Positions 42,249 to 55,420 of a DNA stretch of 64,000 bases are shown here, in pieces. This stretch comes from Octopus vulgaris. Its lineage: Eukaryota. Position numbers and translations under genes: made by a program. Where the stretch lies: assembly GCA_951406725.2 (NCBI GenBank), contig OX597817.1, positions 59,148,001 to 59,212,000 on the forward strand. The letters are read 5' to 3'. Numbering within the stretch: the stretch's first letter is position 1; each line of letters opens with the position of its first letter. The notes below the pieces were generated by a model, which saw only the letters and a list, made by a program, of their open reading frames with translations, did no database searches and was not told the origin of the DNA.

Positions 42249-42694
42249 TTGTGCGTATATGTATGTGTGCATATGCATATATGCGTTACTCATGTGTATG
42301 CAGAATAATATTAACATAACTGTAATAACTGTATGATATATTGATATATTGATTATAAAATTAATATCCCTATAACTTTCATAAATATCTGTTTATATAT
42401 TATATTATATTCTATATTTTATATACTATCTATTGTGAATAACAGAATACAGCTAATATTAATAATAATAATAATAATAATATAAGTAATAACTGAATAT
42501 TGTATATGCTTATGGATGTAGATGCGTATGTATATTTCAGTATATATAAGTAGTTATGTATAACTATATATGTATGTTTGTATATATATATATGTATGTA
42601 TATGTATATATATATATATATTCAAATGTGTGTGTATTTTGTATATTTTATATTTATATTTATTTTTATTATTATAACTTAACATTTGTACTTT

Positions 42695-42823
42695 ATAATC
42701 TCTGACGAAGCCTAGAGATATATGCAAATACCTCATGTTCATCTACCTATTACTCCAATTCACTTGAGTAATATAGGTAGAATGAGGTATTTTTATCTAT
42801 AGGCTGAAACAGCTGTAAGTTAT
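42695..42823 (+). ncRNA. type I hammerhead with ~95-nt extended stem II hairpin
   Basis: CT-CTGACGA-A-GCCTA..AAATACCTCAT..TCTACCTA TTACTC loop GAGTAA..TAGGTAGA ATGAGGTATTT..TAGGC-T-GAAA-CAGCTG-TA-AG. Confidence 0.8.
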
Positions 42824-43212
42824 TCTAACAATTTATATTCTTGTTTTTATTAATAATTACTGGTATCCTTATATATTACTATATTTTATATCTTATATCT
42901 TATATGTAAAGAATAATATTCTCTATATATGTATGTATGTTATTATAATTATCAATTTAATAAATAAATAAATTAACATTTCAATGTTCAAAAGTTGATG
43001 AACAAACTATTGTTCTCCTCCATTCTCTTATTTGCAATATAAATTAATGGCAAAATATCTCTTTACTTTCACCCATTTAGCACACTAGGTAATGTAATTG
43101 CAATGCAATACAAAACACTTGTGTATTAATAATTGGGTATTCTACCAGCAGTATATTGGATAGATATTATCCCTTAGTTGGTTGGATTCACAACCCCTAG
43201 CTTTCTTGGAGT

Positions 43213-43267
<55 letters not shown>

Positions 43268-43328
43268 GTGTATGTATGTAGGTATGTATATATATGTGTA
43301 TGTATATATATATATATATGTATGTGCA

Positions 43329-43379
<51 letters not shown>

Positions 43380-43622
43380 ATATATATATATATGTTTGTA
43401 TTTGTGCATATACATATGCATGTATCTATGTGTGTGTATATATATATGTGAGTGTGTGTGTGTGCGTGTGTGTGTGAGTGTATCTGTGTGTATATATATA
43501 TATGTATTTATGTATGTATGTATACATACATACATATACATCTACGAACTGCTTCAAGCTCACTAACTTTGTACACCTTGATCCTTGGATCATACCTTTA
43601 CATATCTATATCTATGTATCTA

Positions 43623-43686
<64 letters not shown>

Positions 43687-44013
43687 TTTATATAAAGATG
43701 TAATATTTAAAAAATAAACAATTCAACTTCAAAACCGAAGAATCAATATCTTTTTTGTCGAGTCCATAATTATTCTACTTTTAGAAGGAGACGGGTGACA
43801 GTGACGTAGAAGTTCCAGCTCGGATGTCTTCATCATATATGGAGTTTGGCGAATACTTGGCAGAGGTACTCTCACCCATCATTCTTGTGCGCAATGGCCT
43901 AGTGGTTAGGGCAGCGGACTTGCGGTCGGAGGATCGCGGTTTCGATTCCCAGACCGGGCGTTGTGTGTGTTTATTGAGCAGAGTGTAACAATTAATGTAT
44001 ATGCATATATATA

Positions 44014-44081
<68 letters not shown>

Positions 44082-44109
44082 AGAAAATAGAAACATATAT
44101 ATATATATA

Positions 44110-44491
44110 GGCGCAGGAGTGGCTGTGTGGTAAGTAGCTTGTTTACCAACCACATGGTTCCGGGTGCAGTCCCACTGCGTGGCACCTTGGGTAAGTGTCT
44201 TCTACTATAGACCAAAGCCTTGTGAGTGGATTTGGTAGACGGAAACTGAAAGAAGCCCGTCGTGTATATGTATATATATATGTGTGTGTGTTTGTGTGTC
44301 TGTGTTTGTCCCCCTAGCATTGCTTGACAACCGATGCTGGTATGTTTATGTCCCCGTCACTTAGCGGTTCGGCAAAAGAGACCGATATAATAAGTACTGG
44401 GCTTACAAAGAATAAGTCCCGGGGTCGAGTTGCTCGATTAAAGGCGGTGCTCCAGCATGGCCGCAGTCAAATGACTGAAACAAGTAAGAAA
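44110..44491 (+). mobile_element. family B SINE, full length
   Basis: GGCGCAGGAGTGGCTGTGTGGTAAG head through the GACTGAAACAAGTAAG tail. Confidence 0.9.
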
Positions 44492-44681
44492 GTATATATA
44501 TAGACGATATCATCTATATATACATGAAACTACGGTTTACCTCTTAAATTACCTGCAGCCGTCTACCTTACACCAAGCACCATACTTACGGAGGTAATTA
44601 CCAGGAGTGCCTCTGGATACTTCTATCCCTTAGAGGGCTAAATACCTCTAACTTATACCTTATATATATACATATATATAT

Positions 44682-44744
<63 letters not shown>

Positions 44745-44745
44745 T

Positions 44746-44784
<39 letters not shown>

Positions 44785-44882
44785 TACAGACAGACAGACA
44801 GACGGAGGGGGAGAGAGTGAGAGAGAGAGAATATGTGCAGCTATTTGACTATATGTAACTATACATACACATACATAAGAGT

Positions 44883-45013
<131 letters not shown>

Positions 45014-46329
45014 GGCTGTGAATAATCAACTTGTTCATGTGAAAAAGAAAAATTCGAAAACGACAAAAAGATAAAGCTGAAGAAACAAAGTGAAAACCAG
45101 AAGATGTTCTTCTTTCGATGGGTTTTTCCTGTTTACGAGTGAACAATAAACAAACAAATACACAAATAAGACACCGAAACAACAACAACAAACAATGAAA
45201 CAAAGCGAAATAAATGGTGTAGACGGTGGGGAGGTGCGGCTGTGTCATTTTGTAGACGAGTATTTTGAAAAGTCCGAAATTCCTATCCTGCCGACATAAT
45301 TGTGTTATTGAATCAAGTATAACTTCCGGTTGTAACAATGGCTAACAGAGATTTTAGCACAAACCTTTTGTATTCGCAATATTTTACTGGAGGGTTTTTT
45401 TTCTTGTTGTTTTTGTTTCATAACAGTGGAAAATAAATGGAAGAAAAAAAAAAGAAACATATATTGAAAATAAAATTTAAAATAAAACAAAATAACACGT
45501 AAGACAAATAAATAAATAATCGTTCGGAGAGATAACAGCTTTGGGTGATTTTAACAACGTATGAATGTTGCTTTCCCTCTCTCTTCTCTCTTGCGTTTTC
45601 ACAATCCTATTGACATTCCTATCACTGCTGAACAATAAAGAGCGGAAATTCAGTCTTAAAAATAAAATTTAAAAAAGCATAAGAGAGAATAAAAAAGGAA
45701 AACAAAAAAAAAGAAAGAAAGTTTTTTTTAAAAAAACGTGCCTTCCCCTCCGCCGTCACACCAGGAAGGAGAATTAGTGAATCTTCTTTCCCACAGTTCT
45801 CCCTGTTTCGATTCATCCTATTCCGCCTCTTCCTCCCTCCTGTCTCTCTCCCTCTCTCTTTGTTTTTCTGTTTTCTATCTCTCTCTCTCTCTCAATCTCT
45901 TTCTCTCTCTCTCTTTCTCCCCTTTCTCCGTGTCTTTCATCTGTTATTAAAAGCTAATCATTTTATCGCCTGTTGTTGTTCTTCGACAATTGTTTTTTCT
46001 CTTGTTTTCTTCCCTGACATTCACAAGTTGTTCCATTTACGAATTACATTTCATTCTTGTCTCTTGAAATACTCTCTTCCATGCCTTCTTGTCTTCTGTT
46101 TATAATTCCATTCACATCTACAACGCATTGCATCCAAAGAACGTAAGCCGCGCCCGACAAGGGACTCGCTCTAGACTCCAACCCGCAGCCATGTTGTCTC
46201 CTCTCCCTGTCTTTTCTGCCACTACTATAATACTCTCTGTCTTGTATGTCTTCCATACAGACACGTTCCTAAACCATTCGCCCCTCCTCCTCCTCCTCCT
46301 CCTCCTCTTCTAGAACATATTATCGGTTA

Positions 46330-46890
46330 TCTTTTACTAGTTTCCGTCATTAGATTGCGGCCATGCTGGAGCACCGCCTTGAAGCATTTTACTCGAACGA
46401 ATCGACCCCAATACTTACTTTCTTAAGGCCTCGTACTTATTCTATCGGCATCTTTTGCCGAACAACTAAATTACGTAAACGTAAACACACCAACACCGGT
46501 TGTCAAGTGGTTCTAGACGACAAACACAAACACAAAGACACGCGCGCGCACATACACACACACGCACAAACACACGCATGCACACATGTGTGTGTGTATA
46601 TATATATACATATATATATATATATAAATATCTTTTTTTTTATTTTGCGCCCTTTAAACCCTAGCAAGGCTCATGGGCCTGGTTTCCCGGTTTCTATGGC
46701 GTATGTGTTCCCCAGCCGGACGGGACGCCAGTCCATCGCAGCGTTACTCATTTTTCCAGCTGAGTGGAGTGGAGCAACGTGAAATGAAGTGTTTTACTCA
46801 AGAACACAACGCGTCGCCCGGTCCAGGAATCGAAACCACAATCTTACAATCATGATGCTGACACCCTAACCACTAAACCACGCGCCTCCA
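46330..46890 (-). mobile_element. family B tail (46330-46540) and family C SINE (46645-46890)
   Basis: Reverse-complement matches to the family sequences. Confidence 0.8.
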
Positions 46891-46891
46891 T

Positions 46892-46943
<52 letters not shown>

Positions 46944-47005
46944 GTTAATCCAAACATGAAAACACAGAGAAAACACAACAACGCGAGGACGTGGAACAAA
47001 TATAG

Positions 47006-47033
<28 letters not shown>

Positions 47034-47036
<3 letters not shown>

Positions 47037-47891
47037 ACATAAGGGACTAAAGCCATCTGAATATGGCTAGGGACAGGGCAGGGTGGTGGGGGTGTTACTG
47101 TTGCATTTAGCCCCAGGCGAACATCGACGTCACCAGAAAGGCCCGACACCGTCACGGTGTCCTTAACCTGCAAAGGGAGGTAATTCCCCGATGAAGCGGA
47201 AACCACACACGGACCATGGTTTCAAGGTGTATTGCCTATCGTCGGCGTGTGGTAGGCTTCCGCTTCCTCGACGAATTCTCACTCTGCAGGATATTCATAT
47301 ATAGATTTTCAAGCAAAATACATTTGCTTCATCGGGGAATTACCTCCCTTTGCAGGTTAAGGACACCGTGACGGTGTCGGGCCTTTCTGGTGACGTCGAT
47401 GTTCGCCTGGGGCTAAATGCAACAGTAACACCCCCACCACCCTGCCCTGTCCCTAGCCATATTCAGATGGCTTTAGTCCCTTATGTTATCGAGCAGTTAC
47501 TGTCTATATCTCTTTTAGAGAATTATTATTGCTTTCGAACAGATTTTCGAAATCAGCAAATGTATTTTGCTTGAAAATCTATATATGAATATCCTGCAGA
47601 GTGAGAATTCGTCGAGGAAGCGGAAGCCTACCACACGCCGACGATAGGCAATACACCTTGAAACCATGGTCCGTGTGTGGTTTCCGCTTCATCGGGGAAT
47701 TACCTCCCTTTGCAGGTTAAGGACACCGTGACGGTGTCGGGCCTTTCTGGTGACGTCGATGTTCGCCTGGGGCTAAATGCAACAGTAACACCCCCACCAC
47801 CCTGCCCTGTCCCTAGCCATATTCAGATGGCTTTAGTCCCTTATGTTATCGAGCAGTTACTGTCTATATCTCTTTTAGAGAATTATTATTG

Positions 47892-47892
<1 letters not shown>
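47034..47892. repeat. inverted partial copy plus tandem 360-bp units of a hammerhead-bearing element
   Basis: 47326-47532 repeats at 47686-47892; 47034-47326 is the reverse complement of the unit; flanked by (TA)n. Confidence 0.95.
47632..47677 (+). ncRNA. type I hammerhead (CCGACGA core); second copy on the minus strand at 47205-47251
   Basis: CACACG-CCGACGA-T-AGG caataca CCT-T-GAAA-CCATGG-TC-CGTGTG. Confidence 0.8.
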
Positions 47893-47929
<37 letters not shown>

Positions 47930-48155
47930 AATATACAGGGTAGGAAAATTATAGAAATTTATCTACCAGTGGCCTAGCATGCAAAAAATAGTCAATAGAC
48001 TATATATTATTAATATAAAATTAGTGTACATTTAAACATATAACAGGTACCATGACAGGACACCTAACAGGCTAGAAGGACCAGTCAAAATCCAAACCAC
48101 GGTTAGGGGTAATTTCGAAGGGAATGAAAAATAAAAGCATTTACCATATTTTGTT

Positions 48156-48224
48156 ACCGGACCATGGTTTCGAACTTTAATTAGCAAAAAAATAATTTGC
48201 TAGGCGAAGTTTTCATCAGTGGGG
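48156..48224 (-). ncRNA. type I hammerhead motif with decayed stem I
   Basis: Reverse complement reads CTGATGA-A-AACTT[TAGCAAA..TTTGCTA]AAGTT-C-GAAA-CCATGG-TC. Confidence 0.65.
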
Positions 48225-48405
48225 ACGCCAAAGATTAACATATAATTATGAGGCAAAATAGCTCATGTCTCATCTTTATATATTGTAATTTTTCAAATCC
48301 ACTATAGAATTAGTACTAAGCTTACAAAGAATAAGTTCTGGGGTGCTCCAGCACGGCCGCAGTCAAACGACTGAAACAAGTAAAAGAAATCCATCCACAC
48401 ATACA

Positions 48406-48441
<36 letters not shown>

Positions 48442-48689
48442 TATATATGTATGTGTATATACACATACATATACAGCGGGCTTGTTCCAATTTCCGTCTA
48501 GAAAATCCACTTACAAGGTTTTGGTTGGTCTGAGGCTATAGAACAAGACACAATTGCTCAAGGTACCACACGGTGGGACTGGACCCAGAACCATGTGATT
48601 TGGAAGCAAACCCCCTTACCACGCAGCCACGCCTCCGCCCATACCACAACTGTCAGCATATATATTGCCTTGAGTAAATGACTGTGCAA

Positions 48690-48860
48690 ACCTCAAGTGA
48701 GACCCGCAATGGATTACTACGACCACATCTGACACGATGGCGTTACCACACACACTGATATCCTGAACCACTGCCAGATAAGGGCCACTCCATTGACTGG
48801 TATTATAAAATCACTCCCAGACACGCTCCAGTCACCGGCTCACAATCGTGGTTGTATCCG
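48690..48860 (+). pseudogene. possible Penelope GIY-YIG remnant
   Basis: Frameshifted LNHC / DKGHSIDW motif only. Confidence 0.35.
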
Positions 48861-49279
48861 CTCTCTGCCTTTTCCACTGCTACTATAACGGTCTCTGTTC
48901 TTTACAGTTTGATCATCCTGTATTTCCAGCTTTCAGACTCTCCCCGCCGTTTCGTTTCTCATCCTTTTGTCATTTTTGTTGTGTCTAGTCCCCACTCGGA
49001 CCTGCACTAACCACTACACCCAATTATTTCATTCTCAGAGCTCTCTTCCCCTGGAATCGTGTTTTTCATGCTGGGGTCACGTTACAACAATTCCAACGGA
49101 TCATTCACAACACTGTCCCTCTGACCTCCATAGGTTATTGCCATAGTCTTGTTCTTCAGGTTCAGAACCTAAGAGAAATAAATAAACAACTCATTACTGT
49201 TAAAAAGGCACGAAAGGTATGAAGGTATAATCTCCAAATACAAGGGATCATAGCTACATTAGAAATAATCTGTTATTAA

Positions 49280-49493
49280 GGAGGCGAGCTGGCAGAAACG
49301 TTAGCACGCTTGGCGAAAGGCTTAGCGGTATTTCGTCTGCTGCTACGTTCTGAGTTCAAATTCCGCCGAGGTCGACTTTGCCTTTCATCCTTTGGGGGTC
49401 GATTAAATAAGTACCAGTAACGCACTGGGGTCGATATAATCGACTGGCCCCCTCCCCAAAAATTTCGGGCCTTGTGCCCAGTGTAGGAAAGAA
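49280..49493 (+). mobile_element. family A SINE
   Basis: Matches the family sequence. Confidence 0.9.
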
Positions 49494-50374
49494 ATAATGT
49501 TATTATGTGAGCATTCTAAAGGGGCCACTGTCGGTCAAGGCTGACCATGTATGTGAACATTTCTGAGCAGCCAGGTCAAGATTTTCTGAGGAAAACTGAC
49601 AGTTGCCCATCTATGAAAGCCTCACCTCTCCACGCTAAAACCCTTCAAAGGCGGTGCCCCAGCATGGCCGCAGTTTCGACAGAAACAAGTAAAGGATAAA
49701 AGAATTACACACTCACTCACGTCTCGGCAATTTTACGTTCAAACCTTGCGCCGTTCAATTCAAATTAATTACAGATGAAGGAAGTCATACAATGTGCCAC
49801 CCCTCCACTGCATCGCACTCTCAACCCCCAAGGCATCTCCGCCTCTCCACCACGGCCATCACTTCCTACACAAGGTGGAAGCAACAATGTGTTTCTCTTC
49901 TTTCCACCACACCTACATCCCCAACTCCCATATCTTTTCATCTTCCTCCCACCACCTTCTACCACCACCTCCTCCCACCGCCTCCTCCCATCCTCTTCCT
50001 CTCCCTCCTCTTCCTTCGCCTCTAATTAATTTGTTTCTCATTTCGTGTTTGTTCTTTTTTTCCTTTAATCAAAAATAAATTACAGTTTCTTTTGTTAATC
50101 TTCCCCACCACCACACCCAACCCCCACGTCACCCAACTCCCTTATCCTTCCCGTTTTTCTTCCATTCCTGTCCTCCAACTCCCCCTCCCCGTGCTTCTTA
50201 CACTCACCTTCTCCCCCCTCCTCCCTCCGTCCGCCTCCACCATTTCTTTTCCTTCTTCCTTATATTTCATTATTTCAAGATATTTCCGAGTTCTTACCCG
50301 CCTTACGCTCTCTCCACCCATCCACCCGATTTCGTTCTTTCGTTCTTTCTTTCTCTTTTCCCCCCACGCTCTCC

Positions 50375-50445
<71 letters not shown>

Positions 50446-50580
50446 ATTTCCTTCTACTGTCAACATACACACACATTTAATCTATCCATTCAATACACAC
50501 ACGCACAGATATGGTTGGATAGATGGATGACTGGACGGGTGGATGTATATATATGTGTGTGCGCTTATGTCAGTGTGTGC

Positions 50581-50616
<36 letters not shown>

Positions 50617-50876
50617 TCACACAACCCACACATATACATCCGTCCATACATATATATATATATATACATATATATATATGTATGTACTTAGACACACACA
50701 CACACACATATACATATGCATACACGAGGGTATACATTCCACCTACGTTCTTTCGTGCGGTGGGTGGGGGGGCGGATGTTCCCCACTTCCTTTGTCCGTT
50801 TCCATGGAGCCTTTTCGCTTCACTTCTTATTTTCTTATTCCTTTTCAAACACCTCAAATCCAACGGCGGCTACTTC

Positions 50877-50925
<49 letters not shown>

Positions 50926-51732
50926 TTTCTCCCCCCCTCTCTCTCTCCCTCCCACTCTCTCTCTCTCGTCACATTCCTCAAACTTCTGACCAGGAAAACC
51001 CCAGGCAACGAGACATGCAAACAGTATGCAACTAACAGTTAAGACGCTGTACTTTTAAAAGGTTGTTTTTTTTTGTTGTTTTTTTTTTACTTAATAAATC
51101 TGAGATTTGACAGCTAAAACTAAATACGATATTAAATCGAGATAAATGAAACCGCAGCCCATCAACTACATTTTCTAAATTCCACGAAGTCTTTGCTATT
51201 ATTTTTTTATCCAAGTTATTTCACCTCCAATCCAGTCTTATAGTTGAGGGTGTGGTGTTATATTTAACCGTTCGTGATGATTAGACGAACATTGATAAAA
51301 AAAATTAACAAAATGAAATAAAAAAGGTATTGTATAACTGGATTAGAGAAAATATATGGCCCAGCGGTCAGGATATTCGGACCATGGTTTTGTGGGTCCA
51401 GAAGGAATAAGGATAATGTTACTTTTAAATATTTCTAATGATAGGGGCCGTGCAGTTAGCTCAAAGAATTTCTCATGGAATAAGAATACCGGTGGTTTTA
51501 ATCAGTTGTTTGTTGATAGCAATTAGGGTAAATTTGCAAAGTTTTGTAAAATATAGTAGGGGATTGTTGGTTTGTTTATGCCTCCGTAAGCAAAACAGAC
51601 CGATAGAATAAGTACTAATCTTAAAAGAAAGTACTAAGGCTGATTTTATTTAGTAAACCCATCAAGGTGATTCTCCGGTGTGGCTGCTGTCCAATGACTG
51701 GAGCAAGGGAAAGATTAACAATGAAATATCGT

Positions 51733-51887
51733 CACGGATTGGACGAAATGATGGAAGCACCGCTTTTTATTTAACAGTTGTTTCTATTGGCAATATGACA
51801 AATTCAAAACTGTTCTAGTTTGCACAGATGTGTTTCTATGCATTATGTATGCCAGCCATGTGCGCGTGTGTGTTTGTGTGTGTGTGT

Positions 51888-51925
<38 letters not shown>

Positions 51926-52974
51926 ATTTTTCTTGCTCACCAGACATTTTTATTTAAACAAGTTAAAATGCACGACCTATCTGATTTGCAAAGCGGACAA
52001 ATCATTGAAGAGAGAATGGTTGAAGATTTACTCAGCAAAACTGCTGAATTGTCTAATGTTATGAGAGTTACAGTTTCTAAAATCTTGTTGGCATTCCAAA
52101 ACCAAGTTCAAAGTCCAACTCTGGCAAGCATGATTCTGGAATGGAAAGCAAAGAGAGGCCACAGAATAGTGAAACGCATTGTGTCTATAAAAAAAAAAGA
52201 AAAGAAACATCGAAGGCAGCAAACGTGAGAGCAGGGCAAAGCTATCTCCCTGCCAATCCTGAATTAACTAAAACTTTTCGCCCTGAGATTCAAACAACAG
52301 GATACTGCGAGATGGTTCCGATTGCTGAAGCTCTTCTGTTCCCTGTAAACATTAAAAACCAGAAAAAATTATGTCTAAACTTTCAGAAATGATCAATGGC
52401 TTTATTAGAACAATGTCTTCTCTAAAGAATCATCATTCACTCTTTCCCTACTTCGAGGCGAATTTACGTTTGGAAACATCCCATAGAAACTGACTGTTTG
52501 GCCCTTATCCATATCACATAAATTCTTTTGGTCCTTTAGTTGTTTTCCATGGCAGAATTAAAGCCAAGAATTATCTGAGTATTTTGGCTGATCATAACCA
52601 TTTTATGGCGCAAACATTGTTACTTGATGGTAGCGCAATCTCCTCGGATGGAAATGCACCAATTCACACGCTAATGTTAAAACTGGTACCAAGAGTACAA
52701 AGGTAAAGGAGTCAGCGTGGACTCGACCCCACAATTACCAGATCTCAATATAATCGAACATTTATGGTGCATTTCGGAGCAACAAGTGAAGAACTGCTTT
52801 CTTCTGCCATCGTTGCAAGAAAAGCTAGTTTAATGGCACAAAATTACCCTAAAAACAGTTTAAAATTCCTCAACGTGTTAAAGTTATCATTAATAACAAA
52901 ATTGGATCGACTCTGTTAATAATAATAGATTTCTATTTCACAAGGTGTTGCTATAATTTTGTCCCAGCACCGTG
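51733..52974 (+). mobile_element. degenerate Tc1/mariner transposon
   Basis: Imperfect TIRs CACGGATTGGACGAAATGATGGAAGCACC / GGTGTTGCTATAATTTTGTCCCAGCACCGTG; transposase pieces MHDLSDLQSGQI..., DGNAPIH, QLPDLNIIEHLW. Confidence 0.8.
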
Positions 52975-53163
52975 TGTGTGTGTAAATACGTACGCATGTC
53001 TGTTTTGCATTCAGTTATTTTTCTTCTCGCCAAGCCCGACTCGTGTGAGTTTTTCTTTAGTAAATCTCAACAGTCATTCACTTTTGCTGCACATAAAACC
53101 TACAGAATTTCATGCCATTATCTCTTAATTTTTCGTCGCAAAACTTATTCTTTTATCAAACTT

Positions 53164-53218
<55 letters not shown>

Positions 53219-53220
<2 letters not shown>

Positions 53221-54677
53221 TTATTAAGCTTGGCCTGTTAGGATGATAATACAGCTACTATATTCTCAACTGGACTCAAAATGAACTAATCAAAATAGAC
53301 AGGAAAACAAAAAAAAATAATAATGACAGGATTTAGGATGCACCACCCAAAATCTGACATAGAAAGGCTGTATATATACAATGTATCGAATGTGGTAGAG
53401 ACCTTATACAGCTAGAATACTGTTATGAAATAACCACCGTAGGACTACAGAAATACCTACTTTATAAGTAAGGAAAACTAATACAAATAGCCACAAAACA
53501 CGAACAAAACAAAAAATTGCTTTCTGTCTTTGAGGAAGCTGACAAATACAAAAAAGAAGCCATAGTATCTAACAACTATAAAGAAAAAGAAGAAACAAAA
53601 AAAAGCTGTAAAGCAACTGAAATCCAAACTAAAACTGGAAGGGATCATGATAAAGCGATGGCAAGAAAAGCCCCTTCGTGGCAAATATTGGGTTGAGCTA
53701 GCAGAAAAGAAATAGACAAAGCAAAACCCTAACAATGGTTAAGAAGCTCGGGACTCAAAGCAGAGACTGAAGGATTTTTAATTGCAGCACAAGATCAAAG
53801 CCTTCCCACCAGAAATTACCAAAAACATGTAATGAAAAGAAATATAACAAGTAACTGCAGAATATGTGGAGATGAACAAGAAACAATAAATCATATTATC
53901 TCTGGCTGCCCAGTCCTGGCTAAGAAGGAATATATTCACAGACACGACAGAGTTGGGACCTACATACACTGGAAGCTATGCCAACACTTTGGAATAACAA
54001 CCAAAAGACGGTAAAGGTACACCCCAGAAAAGGTCACAGAAAACGAGAAAACAACACGACTATGGGATATGCCAATACACACAGATAGAGAAATTAAGGC
54101 CAATAGGCTGGATATAGTTGTCGGAGATCATGAAGAAAAAAATGCTTTCTAATTGAAGTATCAATACCAGCGGATGACAACGTGTCTCTAAAAGAAATGG
54201 AGAAACTTTCAAAATGCAAAGATCTGGAAATAGAGGTAACTCGAATGTGGAATCTAAAAACAGAAACAGTTCCTATCATAATAGGTGTGATAAAAACAAT
54301 ATTCAGACAAATACATAACAAAAACACCAGGTATTACAATACATAACAAAAACACCAGGTATTACAAGTATATATTAACATACAGAAAATTGCACTATTG
54401 GGCACTGCACACATCCTACGTAAAACACTTTCAATACAGTAAAAATAAGAGCACCATAAAAAAGAAGAAGAAGAAGAAGAAGAAGAAGAAGAAGAAGAAG
54501 AAGAAGAAGAAGAAGAAGAAGAAGAAGAAGAAGAAGAAGAAGAAGAAGAAGAAGAAGAAGAAGAAGAAGAAGAAGAAGAAGAAGAAGGAAAGTATTATCT
54601 GTCTTAGGTCTTTGTTGTGACTTGACAGATGACTAAAGACTCCGGTGCATTTATACTGACACTGTTACGAAGGAATG
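53219..54677 (+). mobile_element. R4/Dong-clade non-LTR retrotransposon, 5'-truncated
   Basis: MHHPKSDIERLY; ETEGFLIAAQDQSL; CCHC knuckle CRICGDEQETINHIISGC; HRHD; RLDIVV...LIEVSIP RLE motifs; (TAA)n on both sides. Confidence 0.9.
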
Positions 54678-54735
<58 letters not shown>

Positions 54736-54828
54736 TGATGATGATGGTGGTGGTGGTGGTGGTGGTGGTGGTGGTGGTGGTGGTGGTGGTGGTGGTGGTG
54801 GTGGTGGTGGTGATGGTGGTGGTGGTGG

Positions 54829-54877
<49 letters not shown>

Positions 54878-54879
54878 AG

Positions 54880-55420
54880 CCCTGATGCAGTACCTGGCAG
54901 TGGCTCTCGTGGCTTCTGATCTTAACTGATAGGAAGTGTTATCATGTACATTGTTTTATCTTGATATAAAAGATGGGTTGCAGCAAATATTCTGCTCAAT
55001 ACCACAGATTTGCTTGTCAGTTGTTTAACCTTAACCAGTTGGACATGTCCCTTAGTAGCTGACGATATGTGCATCTCTGATCATGAGCAGAAATAGTTGG
55101 GAAGCATCATAGCCATGTGTTGAGAGGGATTCTTTGAGGTTTAAAGGATTCACCTTTGGAAACATGGGTGTTTCGTTCAACGTTCTTAAACAATCCTTAT
55201 TCAGAGACCTTTTGAGCGGGATGGGTTACTCCACCTGCGGAAAATTCTAACTAGGCCCCCACATGCAAGGTCATGCACTGTTTATCTTGATATTAGATCG
55301 CCATGTCATGCATATATGGTTGTGATGCATGTGCCTGGCATACCCATATCAGATGGGAAGTCATGATGGGTATACTGGGCTTCGTATATTTGTACCCCAG
55401 TGTCACTTTGACGGCCCCAC
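54880..55420. repeat. unclassified interspersed repeat between trinucleotide tracts
   Basis: Higher-complexity block bounded by (GAT)n and (AAT)n, with no ORF; repeat status is inferred. Confidence 0.3.

Noticed and set aside
46850-47943. Repeated MVSASSGNYLPLQVKD ORFs
   Set aside because: They lie within the 360-bp non-coding repeat and run into microsatellite
49080-49190. Minus-strand splice-acceptor-like site followed by a short open frame
   Set aside because: Stops within 30 codons in all frames and no partner exons found
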